A stretch of 10,963 bases of DNA from Verrucomicrobiota bacterium (GTDB lineage: Bacteria > Verrucomicrobiota > Verrucomicrobiia > Verrucomicrobiales > DEV007). Below, piece by piece: positions 1 through 7,694 of this stretch. The notes beneath the pieces are model-generated. The model was not told where the DNA came from. It was given only the letters and a program-made list of their open reading frames with translations, and made no database searches. Position numbers and translations under genes: made by a program. Position 1 is the first letter of the stretch. Every line of letters starts with the position of its first letter. The DNA is taken from assembly GCA_045046875.1 (NCBI GenBank), contig JASFYY010000081.1:1-10963 (forward strand), in the 5' to 3' direction.

Positions 1-2
1 CG

Positions 3-131
3 CGTCGGACAGGGTGCAGTGGATATGACAGTCAGTATGTTGCCCTTGCGGAGGATTTGGGGACGAAGTTATATACGTGTGATAAGAAGGTTTTGAGAAA
101 GTGTCCCGAGATTGCTACATTACCAAAATAA
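3..131 (+). CDS. vapC: 3' end of a PIN-domain (VapC-like) toxin, truncated by the window edge
   Basis: Manual translation from position 3 gives RRTGCSGYDSQYVALAEDLGTKLYTCDKKVLRKCPEIATLPK* (TAA 129-131). SGYD-x2-YVALA-x3-G-x2-LYTCD-x2-VL matches the C-terminal PIN pattern SxYDxxxxAxA...LxTxDxxL. Not in the ORF track. Confidence 0.85.
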   Translation, partial: RRTGCSGYDSQYVALAEDLGTKLYTCDKKVLRKCPEIATLPK

Positions 132-132
132 G

Positions 133-254
133 GGAGGACAAAACGCTGTACACCAAGCACTGTGCCGAAGTTAAGAACCCTCGTGACTTTAAACATCAAC
201 CCCTTCGTCAAAGCTCGCTCCCCACTCAGTAATGGGTGAGCTCGAACGTTCGCT
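133..254 (+). mobile_element. Degenerate attC-like integron cassette recombination site
   Basis: Begins directly after the vapC stop. Degenerate R'' GGAGGAC (133-139), spacer AAAAC, L'' GCTGTACACCA (145-155), then TGGGTGAGC (233-241, L'), spacer TCGAAC, R' GTTCGCT (248-254). L''/L' pair with extrahelical bases, and ACTG (159-162) pairs with CAGT (227-230). The R'' AAC triplet is altered to GAC. Confidence 0.55.
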
Positions 255-300
255 CGCTCTGGACGACCTTTGCCGCCGTGCCACACTTCAACCGTTCGAT
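255..300 (+). mobile_element. Right-arm remnant of a second attC-like site
   Basis: GTGCCACACTTCAACC-GTTCGAT (278-300) has the L'-spacer-R'(GTT) layout of an attC 3' arm. No matching left arm is visible. Confidence 0.35.
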
Positions 301-318
301 AGCAATAAGAAACACATC

Positions 319-347
319 TTGCATCGATCAATATTTGGTATTACGAT
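319..347 (+). promoter_or_regulatory. Sigma70-type promoter of the vapBC module
   Basis: TTGCAT (319-324), 17-bp spacer, TACGAT (342-347), 12 nt upstream of the antitoxin ATG at 360. ATCGAT palindromes at 323-328 and 354-359 overlap or flank it (candidate autorepression operators). Confidence 0.7.
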
Positions 348-359
348 AAGCCTATCGAT

Positions 360-572
360 ATGCCGACTGTAACAATATCCCCGAAATACCAGGTCGTCAT
401 CCCCAAAGCCGTCAGAGAGAGGTATTCTCTGACGCCAGGCGATAAGATAGAAATCATTGAGTTGGAGGGTAGAATTGAGCTCGTACCCATTAGACCCGCA
501 ACCGAGTTGAAGGGGTTCCTCAAAGGAATAAAGAACACATTTGAGAGAGAGGGAGACAGATGCCTACCGTAG
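360..572 (+). CDS. vapB: AbrB/MazE/SpoVT-family DNA-binding antitoxin (VapB-like)
   Basis: 70 aa. MPTVTISPKYQVVIPKAVRERYSLTPGDKIEIIELEGRIELVP is the swapped-hairpin AbrB signature (SxKxQVVIPKxVR...L.PGD). Overlaps the downstream PIN gene by 13 nt. Confidence 0.92.
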   Translation: MPTVTISPKYQVVIPKAVRERYSLTPGDKIEIIELEGRIELVPIRPATELKGFLKGIKNTFEREGDRCLP

Positions 573-946
573 TCGATTCTTCAGGATGGATCGAATATTT
601 CATAGACGGGGCCAATACTAAATATTTTGCACCGGCCATCGAGAATACCAGTGACTTAATTGTTCCATCGATCATCCTCACCGAGGTTTACAGATGGATG
701 TTGAGAGAATCCTCTGAGCCGGATGCATTGGCGGTGGCGGTAGTAATGAAACAGGGCAAGGTTGTCGCCCTTGACGGTCAGCTTTCGATTTTGGCAGCAG
801 AAGTAAGCCACAGGCACAAACTACCTCTGGCGGACGGTATTATATACACGACGGCTCGGCAATACTCCGCAGATTTGATCACACAGGATGCTGATATGGA
901 GGGATTGACTGGAGTAAAATACATCAAACACCCACAAAGAAAGTGA
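560..946 (+). CDS. vapC: PIN-domain ribonuclease toxin (VapC)
   Basis: 128 aa. Acidic PIN active-site residues D6 (VVDSSGWIEY), E42 (LTEVY), D92 (LPLADG) and D110/D112 (LITQDAD). Purine-rich SD-like sequence GAGGGAG upstream; coupled to the antitoxin. Confidence 0.93.
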   Translation: MPTVVDSSGWIEYFIDGANTKYFAPAIENTSDLIVPSIILTEVYRWMLRESSEPDALAVAVVMKQGKVVALDGQLSILAAEVSHRHKLPLADGIIYTTARQYSADLITQDADMEGLTGVKYIKHPQRK

Positions 947-969
947 TCAACCGTTAGCAGCCAAACTGC

Positions 970-2895
970 CTAAAACCAAACATCATAAGGACGGCCTTCG
1001 CGTTTTTCATAAAACTGCACAAAAGCCTGATTCACCACCCGGTATCCACCTGGCGTCGGATAGTTACCAGTAAAATACCAATCACCCTGATGCTCGGGAA
1101 CCGCGGTGTGCAGGTTCTCAATCGTCTGATAGATCACCTTGATCTCCCCTTTCCAGTTGGTATCCGGCGGCGAAACCAAACGCGCGATTTCAACTGAAAT
1201 CTCTTCCGGCGAAAACGGTTCGTAGATCGCCTTCACACAGTTGCCCATCTCTTCCACTGGCTTTTTCAGTTCTTCTAGGCAGGCGTGGTAAGTCTCCACC
1301 ACCACTGACTGCAAACCTTGTTTTTGCAGCAAAGAGGTCGCCGCTTGGAAAGCGATGAACTTGCCCAACTCTGACATATCGATGCCATAACAATCCGGGT
1401 AGCGAATTTGTGGCGCCGTCGAGGCCACCACAATTTGCCGAGGATTGGTGCGGGCGAGGATTTTCAAAATAGAACGCCGCAAGGTGGTACCACGAACAAT
1501 CGAATCATCCACCGCGACCAAGCTGTCATCCGGACGAACCACGCCATAAGTGACGTCGTAAATATGCGAGACCAACTGCGCGCGTCCCTCTTCCTGACTA
1601 ATAAAGGTCCGCAACTTGATGTCTTTATGCGCGATTTTCTCTCCACGCGGCCAGTTGCGCAAAATCAGCTCATCAATCTTATCTTCGGTCAAATTCCCCA
1701 ACTTCACTCCCTCAACCAAAGCCTCTCTCACCGCCTGACGCCGATGCAAACGCAAACCCAGCATCGTTCCCTGAAAGGCAATCTCTGCAGTATTTGGAAT
1801 AAAACTGAACACCGCATTTTCGAGATCATGATCGATCTCATCCAATATCTGCGGAACCAGGTTAGCTCCCAGAGCTTTGCGTTCCTGATAAATATCCGGA
1901 TCATTGCCACGTGAAAAATAAATACGTTCAAAAGAACAAGGGCTGGTTTTTTTCTCCTCCGCAAAGCTTTCGAAAGAAATCTCACCACTGTTTTTGATCA
2001 CCGCCACATGGCCGGGTTGCAGCTCACTCACCTCTTCCATGTCAGCATCAAATACCGTCATCAAAGGCACACGCTCGGAGGCAAAAGCGATCAGCTCGTC
2101 GTTTTCATAATAGTGACAGGGGCGAATGCCATTGGGATCCCGGAAAACAAAACCGTCACCATTGCCAACCACGCCGGAAATCGCATAACCACCGTCCCAA
2201 ATCGAAGCACATTTACCAATGATCTCCCCCACATTCAGCTCGCGGGAAATGATACCGGGAATCTCACGCCCTTCAGTCCCCTTGTCTCGTTCGCGTCGAT
2301 AGAGATAGTCGTGTTGCTCATCGAGGTGATAACCAATCTCTTCCAGCACCGTCTGGGTATCGATGCCAAAGACCGGATGCTGCCCTCGATTAATCAAATG
2401 ATGATTCAAATCCGCGGCATTGGTCATGTTAAAATTCCCCAATACCATCAGCGTCTTGGTCGGCCAATTGCTACGCCGCAAATGCGGATGACAAGAACCG
2501 GTGCCAAAACCACCCGAAGTGCCATAACGCAAATGACCCAACAGAATCTCGCCAGCGAACTCAAACTTCGACTTCACACTTTCAGGGTCGGTGTGATCGA
2601 GCAGTCCTTTGCGTGACATTTTATCAAAGGCCTGCTGCTGCTCCTGAATCACCCGCGACAAAGATTCGCGTTTGGAGCTTCTTGCCCGAAACAAATAAGG
2701 CTGGCCAATCGGCATGTTCAACTTACAACAACCAATGCCTGCCCCGTCCTGACCGCGGTTGTGCTGTTTCTCCATCAGCAGGAACAGCTTGTTGAAGGCC
2801 CACAGTGAGGTGCCGTATTTCTCGTAATAATAAGCCCACGGCTTCTTCAGCCGAATAAAAGCCAAACCGCATTCATGTCCGATTGAATCACTCAT
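970..2895 (-). CDS. purF: Amidophosphoribosyltransferase, long (~640 aa) form
   Basis: N-terminal MSDSIGHE-CG (propeptide plus Ntn Cys), QHNRGQDGAG, GHLRYGT, RDPNGIRP, CSFERIYFSR, PRPP loop VAVDDSIVRGTT, CYGIDM, FTGNYPT. Last gene of the pur operon. Confidence 0.96.
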   Translation of the reverse strand: MSDSIGHECGLAFIRLKKPWAYYYEKYGTSLWAFNKLFLLMEKQHNRGQDGAGIGCCKLNMPIGQPYLFRARSSKRESLSRVIQEQQQAFDKMSRKGLLDHTDPESVKSKFEFAGEILLGHLRYGTSGGFGTGSCHPHLRRSNWPTKTLMVLGNFNMTNAADLNHHLINRGQHPVFGIDTQTVLEEIGYHLDEQHDYLYRRERDKGTEGREIPGIISRELNVGEIIGKCASIWDGGYAISGVVGNGDGFVFRDPNGIRPCHYYENDELIAFASERVPLMTVFDADMEEVSELQPGHVAVIKNSGEISFESFAEEKKTSPCSFERIYFSRGNDPDIYQERKALGANLVPQILDEIDHDLENAVFSFIPNTAEIAFQGTMLGLRLHRRQAVREALVEGVKLGNLTEDKIDELILRNWPRGEKIAHKDIKLRTFISQEEGRAQLVSHIYDVTYGVVRPDDSLVAVDDSIVRGTTLRRSILKILARTNPRQIVVASTAPQIRYPDCYGIDMSELGKFIAFQAATSLLQKQGLQSVVVETYHACLEELKKPVEEMGNCVKAIYEPFSPEEISVEIARLVSPPDTNWKGEIKVIYQTIENLHTAVPEHQGDWYFTGNYPTPGGYRVVNQAFVQFYEKREGRPYDVWF

Positions 2896-2946
2896 CTCTA
2901 TTTAGCTCTGATTGACTTGCAGGCTTTTCTATTCACTAAATTTTTT

Positions 2947-3936
2947 TCAGCCGACGCTCACCCGAACGCCATGCTGAGGAACCACTTCTCCCAAAACCAA
3001 CGCTCCTGGCAAACACGCCACCGCTTGATCGGCTTGCGCCGCAGGCACCACCGCCACCCAGCCAAAACCCATATTAAAAGTGTTCACCGCTTCGCCATCT
3101 TCGACGTGTTTCAGCACTTTGGGAATCGCACCGAGTTCCCACCTAGGGATTTTCAAATCCGCGCCATTGTCTCCCAGCACCCGCTCTAGATTCTCTGGCA
3201 ATCCCCCACCGGTGATATGCGCCATCGCTTTGATATCCACCTCGGCTTTTTTCAAGCCCGCCACCACATCGTGATAGAGACGCGTCGGCGCCAGCATAGC
3301 GCGGATTTCCTCTTCACTAAAATCATCCGCGTAAGCATCCAGAATACGACGAATCAAACTCCAACCATTGGCATGAAATCCATCGGAAGGGTAACCCACC
3401 AACACATCACCCAGAGCGACCCGGGTCGGATCAACCAAGTCGCGCTTCTCACCAGCGCCAATCGCAAAACCAGCCAACTCCACCATGCCCTCGGGAACGA
3501 TGCCCGGCATTTCCGCCGTTTCACCACCCGCCAAAACACAGTCGCAAGAAGCCAAATGCTCCGACATACCAGAGATCAGTCGTTTGATTTTTTCTTTTTC
3601 AATGTGTCCGACCCCCACGTAATCGAGGAACATAATCGGATCCCCGCCGGTGGTGAGAATATCATTCACATTCATCGCCACCAAATCCTTGCCGGCAATT
3701 TCCAGCTCATCGTAATGCAATAAAGTCTCCACCTTGGTGCCAACCCCGTCACAGCCCGTCATGATCACCGGCTCGTCATAGCCGCTCAAATCATAAGTCG
3801 CCGCAAACAAACCAAAAGCCTGCATCAAAGAGCGTTTGCCCTCAGTGCGCTGACGCAAATCATTAATATCACCAACCAATGCGGCCGCTTCCTTAATGTC
3901 CACCCCCGCCCCCTTATATGTAAATTCCTCACTCAT
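2947..3936 (-). CDS. purM: Phosphoribosylformylglycinamidine cyclo-ligase (AIR synthetase)
   Basis: TYKGAGVDI, DGVGTK, DLVAMNVND, FLDY, GGETAEMPG, GFHANGWSL, AHITGGGLPENL, TFNMGFG. SD GAGGTG upstream on the minus strand. Confidence 0.97.
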   Translation of the reverse strand: MSEEFTYKGAGVDIKEAAALVGDINDLRQRTEGKRSLMQAFGLFAATYDLSGYDEPVIMTGCDGVGTKVETLLHYDELEIAGKDLVAMNVNDILTTGGDPIMFLDYVGVGHIEKEKIKRLISGMSEHLASCDCVLAGGETAEMPGIVPEGMVELAGFAIGAGEKRDLVDPTRVALGDVLVGYPSDGFHANGWSLIRRILDAYADDFSEEEIRAMLAPTRLYHDVVAGLKKAEVDIKAMAHITGGGLPENLERVLGDNGADLKIPRWELGAIPKVLKHVEDGEAVNTFNMGFGWVAVVPAAQADQAVACLPGALVLGEVVPQHGVRVSVG

Positions 3937-4069
3937 TTTACCACCTCAATTCTATCTTCTTACTTCTGTAAAATTATTTCTTCCTCAAAATTCAAACCAA
4001 AAAATTAATTTCCTATTCCCTTCTCTCCCTTCCCTATTTCCTTCCCCCAATTTCCTATCTCCCCCTCTT

Positions 4070-4099
4070 ATTCGTGTTTATTCGTGTCCATTCGTGGTT
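4070..4099. repeat. 10-bp-period tandem repeat (ATTCGTG x3)
   Basis: ATTCGTGTTT-ATTCGTGTCC-ATTCGTGGTT, with cores at 4070, 4080 and 4090, immediately after the purQ stop codon. Confidence 0.8.
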
Positions 4100-4101
4100 C
4101 T

Positions 4102-4836
4102 CTATCTCTTCGAAATTTCCTCAAAGATCGACTGAAACATATAATACCCCGTCCCGTGCTCCCCACCCGCTTCATTTTTCCAATCCGGATCATAATGGTG
4201 ATCCTTCGACATGAAACGCTCCGGATGCGGCATCAGTCCCAGCACCCGTCCGCTTTCGTCCTGAATCCCAGCAATCTGGCTGAAGCTGCCATTGATATCC
4301 TCGGCATAAGTCAACACTCCCAAGCCACTAGCCACCAGCGCCTCGGCTTCACTCGCATCCTTAGTCACAAAACGACCTTCCGCATGGGCAATCGGCAGTT
4401 CAAACTCATCCGGCAAGCCGCGCAGAAACGGGCTGTCTTTCTGACTGCCCTTTTTCAGCTTCACCCAATTGCACTTGAAGCGGCCACTATCATTATGAAT
4501 CAAACTGCCCTCCGGCAACAAGCCCATACGGGTCAAAATCTGAAACCCATTGCAGATGCCCAGCAAATAACCACCCGCATCGCGGAACTGTTTGAGCGAA
4601 TCCCCCAACCGATTCTCCGATACCAACTGAGCCAAACGCCCCGCCATGACGTAGTCTCCATAGGAGAAACCACCCGACAAGACCACCAGGTCCACTCCTT
4701 CGAGCTTGCTTGGATCCACTTGGGAAATCGGCAGCACATCGGCGGAAAAACCCACCTCGCGCAGAGCGCGTGCCGTTTCCGCATCACAGTTCGTGCCAGG
4801 GAACTTTAATAATAAGGCGTGAGGCCGTTTTTCCAT
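4102..4836 (-). CDS. purQ: FGAM synthase glutaminase subunit
   Basis: FPGTNCD, GGFSYGD, GICNGFQIL (nucleophile Cys), PIAHAEGRF, GLMPHPER (His-Glu of the triad). 244 aa; overlaps the purL 3' end by 31 nt. Confidence 0.97.
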   Translation of the reverse strand: MEKRPHALLLKFPGTNCDAETARALREVGFSADVLPISQVDPSKLEGVDLVVLSGGFSYGDYVMAGRLAQLVSENRLGDSLKQFRDAGGYLLGICNGFQILTRMGLLPEGSLIHNDSGRFKCNWVKLKKGSQKDSPFLRGLPDEFELPIAHAEGRFVTKDASEAEALVASGLGVLTYAEDINGSFSQIAGIQDESGRVLGLMPHPERFMSKDHHYDPDWKNEAGGEHGTGYYMFQSIFEEISKR

Positions 4837-7202
4837 ATCTCTTTCAGTTCGTTAAGATTTTCGTCGATGAGAGCATTGCCCTCGAAGGAAATTTTCAAGC
4901 AGCCGTGCTCCTTGCTGGTCGCGCCGATTTGAGCGATCGCTTTGCCTGCAAAAGACTCCAGTAAAACCTGCACATCACCAGCCGCCACTTCGACCAATAA
5001 CCGTCCCGGAGTTTCGCCAAACAAACAGGCCGTGTGACTCGTATCCTCGCTGGTCGGTTGCTGAACCAGATCGACATCCAGTCCCGCTTTACCCGAAAAT
5101 CCCATTTCAGCCAGAGCCACTGCCAGTCCACCCTCGCCGATATCATGCGCTGCCAAAATCCAGCCATTTTTCACCGCTTCGTGATAAGCTCGATACAGCT
5201 CCAAAAAGTCGCCGCACTCACTCACCGGTAAAGCCGCTTTATTGCCCAGACCTTTTTGCCGTCCGTAAACACTGCCGCCCATCGCGTCGCCGGTCGTGCC
5301 GATCACACAGATCACGCTGTCACTGTGTCGAATAGAAGCACCGGTGACGTGTTTTTTGTCATCCACCACGCCGATGCCGCTGATCAAAGCGGTGACGGGA
5401 ATCGATACCGGGCCTTCGTCGGTTTCAAAATAATTGTAAAAAGAATCCTTACCGGAAATGAAAGGCGCTGAATAAGTATCCGCCGCTCCGGCCATGCCTT
5501 TCACACACTCCACCAACTCGCCCAGCTCACTGGGATCCTCGGGATTACCGACACAGAAATTATCCAACAAAGCGATCTTGTCCGGATTAGCGCCCGCCGC
5601 CACCAATTGACGGAAACACTCATCGACACAAGCCGCACCCATTGCAAAAGGATCGTATTTGCCCCACTCAGGAAGTAGTGCCTGGCTCATCGCCATCAAC
5701 CGATCACTGCCATCGATATGCATCACCGCCGCATCCTGCGGCGCGTCACCCGCAGCTCCTGCCAGTGGTTTCAGCAATGTATTGCCCTGCACTTCGTGAT
5801 CGTATTCGCGGATCACCGGTTCGCGCGAAACAATCGCAAAGTCCCCCAACAGCGATTTCAAATCCGCTGCCGGGTCCAAGGATTCGACCTCCCGGGAAGA
5901 CGCGGTGCCGCTCGGACTGGTAAAAGTTGATTTTAAATGACGAGTCGGTGCGTCGTGAAGAGGACGGCAATCCAATTCGCATACCAGTTCTCCATGATGC
6001 CATACTTTCAAAATACCCGACCCATCCGAGTTGCCCAGCTCTGTCAGCTCGGTTTCGTAAATATCCGCCAGCTCCTTGAGCTCTGGCAAGGTCTCTTCTT
6101 TCACCGCCAAAACCATGCGTTCCTGGCTCTCGGAGATGAAAATCTCCCAACTCACCATGCCCGGCTCCTTGAGCTTCACCTCATCGAGAAAAATCTCGCC
6201 GCCCACCTCACTGAGCATTTCCCCTGCCGCAGACGAATATCCACCCGCTCCGCAATCCGTGATAAACTCGATCAAATTGCGATCCCGCGCTTCAAGCACA
6301 AAGTCCGCTGCTTTTTTTTCTTCGATTGGATTACCAATCTGCACCGCCTGCTGATCCTCTTCGTGACTCTCCGTATCCAGTGCCGCTGATGAAAAAGTCG
6401 CTCCATGCAGACCGTCACGTCCGGTGCGTCCGCCCACCGAAATGATCTTCAGCCCCGCCGACATCTCCTTGTCGATGTATTCGCGTGGAATCACTCCCGC
6501 AGTGCCACAATAAACCAGCGGATTATAAATATAACTCTCGTCGAACTGAATCGCACCGCCCACCGTGGGAATCCCCATCCGGTTGCCGTAGTCCCGCACC
6601 CCGCGCACCACCCCGCGCATCACTCCCAGCGGGTGAATCACATCGTCCGCCTTGATTTGATCCGCCTCGGTATCCGGTGCGCCAAAACAAAACACATCGA
6701 GCGAAGCAATCGGCTTGGCGCCCTTGCCCGCTCCCAGAATGTCACGGATCACTCCACCTAATCCCGTATTAGCGCCGGCATAAGGCTCGATCGCCGACGG
6801 GTGGTTGTGGGTTTCCACTTTCAAACACACCGCCAACTTGTCATCCAGCTCAATAAAACCCGCATTGTCATGGAAAGCCGACAAAACAAAATCCGGTTTG
6901 CGCGCAAAGATCTCTTCACTCAGATCTTTGATGTAAGTCATAAACAGTGAACTGACTACTTCACTTTTCCCGTCTTTTACGTGAGTGATTTCCGCTCCGA
7001 ATATACGGTGTTTGCAGTGCTCGCTCCAAGTCTGGGCGATCACCTCGAGCTCCACATCGGTCGGCTCGCGTTTCCAGTCGCGAAAGATGGCTTGAACAGC
7101 CACCATGTCCTCGCGGGACAGGGAAAGCTTCATCTCCGAACTCAGCTGCTCCAGCTGTTCTCCATCGAGTTCGGTAATTGGTATATGACGATAAAAAGAC
7201 AT
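4806..7202 (-). CDS. purL: FGAM synthase synthetase subunit (small/intermediate PurL)
   Basis: QTWSEHCKH, KVETHNHPSAIEPYAGANTGLGGVIRDI, GGRTGRDGLHGATFSS, VQIGNPIEEK, DCGAGG, SESQERM, EYDHEVQ, LDNFC, SGKDSFYN, HDIGEGG. 798 aa. Confidence 0.97.
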   Translation of the reverse strand: MSFYRHIPITELDGEQLEQLSSEMKLSLSREDMVAVQAIFRDWKREPTDVELEVIAQTWSEHCKHRIFGAEITHVKDGKSEVVSSLFMTYIKDLSEEIFARKPDFVLSAFHDNAGFIELDDKLAVCLKVETHNHPSAIEPYAGANTGLGGVIRDILGAGKGAKPIASLDVFCFGAPDTEADQIKADDVIHPLGVMRGVVRGVRDYGNRMGIPTVGGAIQFDESYIYNPLVYCGTAGVIPREYIDKEMSAGLKIISVGGRTGRDGLHGATFSSAALDTESHEEDQQAVQIGNPIEEKKAADFVLEARDRNLIEFITDCGAGGYSSAAGEMLSEVGGEIFLDEVKLKEPGMVSWEIFISESQERMVLAVKEETLPELKELADIYETELTELGNSDGSGILKVWHHGELVCELDCRPLHDAPTRHLKSTFTSPSGTASSREVESLDPAADLKSLLGDFAIVSREPVIREYDHEVQGNTLLKPLAGAAGDAPQDAAVMHIDGSDRLMAMSQALLPEWGKYDPFAMGAACVDECFRQLVAAGANPDKIALLDNFCVGNPEDPSELGELVECVKGMAGAADTYSAPFISGKDSFYNYFETDEGPVSIPVTALISGIGVVDDKKHVTGASIRHSDSVICVIGTTGDAMGGSVYGRQKGLGNKAALPVSECGDFLELYRAYHEAVKNGWILAAHDIGEGGLAVALAEMGFSGKAGLDVDLVQQPTSEDTSHTACLFGETPGRLLVEVAAGDVQVLLESFAGKAIAQIGATSKEHGCLKISFEGNALIDENLNELKEIWKNGLTPYY

Positions 7203-7220
7203 GCTCGCTGCTTGGTAAAT

Positions 7221-7673
7221 TTATTTTCCTCCCTCAATCACCGTCCATGTATGAACCGCAGGATTACAGATATCACTGACAAAACGATCCGGTGAGATAG
7301 AACTCTCACCAAAAACATAAACCCGATGCTCGATTTTTAATTCATTGAGCACGATCGGCGCGGACTTGAGATTGTGATAATAAGACATCACCGCCTCTTT
7401 CTCCAAATCCAAAGCCCCCGGTTTCATGCCGTAATCAATCGCAAATAGCCAATCCTGCAAAGCTGCCGACTCTCCCTGATGCAGCTCCTGCCCCACCTCA
7501 TCCAACAAGGTCTTGCTGACAAAGTCCGCTGCTGCGCCCTCATCTCCTTCGAAATCGAGCGTATAACGACGCGTTTGACGATAAGTCAAAGCCTCGTCGA
7601 GTGGCGCATACAATAATGCCGAGCAATCGCCCGCTTCCAAATATCGATCTGTAATTTCAAATACCGCTTTCAA
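7221..7673 (-). CDS. PurS-like FGAM synthase accessory subunit with two tandem PurS-like repeats (probable)
   Basis: 150 aa with TTG start, between purC and purL where purS normally sits. The second half has PurS motifs (MKPGALDLE ~ KPGVLDPQ; ICNPAVHTWTV ~ LANPVIExY). The first half has a parallel, more degenerate pattern (TRRYTLDFEG...TLLDEV). Confidence 0.65.
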   Translation of the reverse strand: MKAVFEITDRYLEAGDCSALLYAPLDEALTYRQTRRYTLDFEGDEGAAADFVSKTLLDEVGQELHQGESAALQDWLFAIDYGMKPGALDLEKEAVMSYYHNLKSAPIVLNELKIEHRVYVFGESSISPDRFVSDICNPAVHTWTVIEGGK

Positions 7674-7694
7674 AATAATCAGCTGTTCCCCGGA

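Noticed and set aside
32..538. Minus-strand ORFs 32-331 (99 aa) and 341-538 (65 aa)
   Set aside because: Antisense to the PIN fragment, attC-like DNA and the antitoxin; no recognisable motifs.
360..571. Antitoxin and toxin both begin MPTV
   Set aside because: Four residues with different codons (ATGCCGACTGTA versus ATGCCTACCGTA); most likely coincidence.
4070..4099. Possible CRISPR array from the short repeats here or at 10186-10216
   Set aside because: Units are 7-14 bp with no unique spacers and there are no cas genes.
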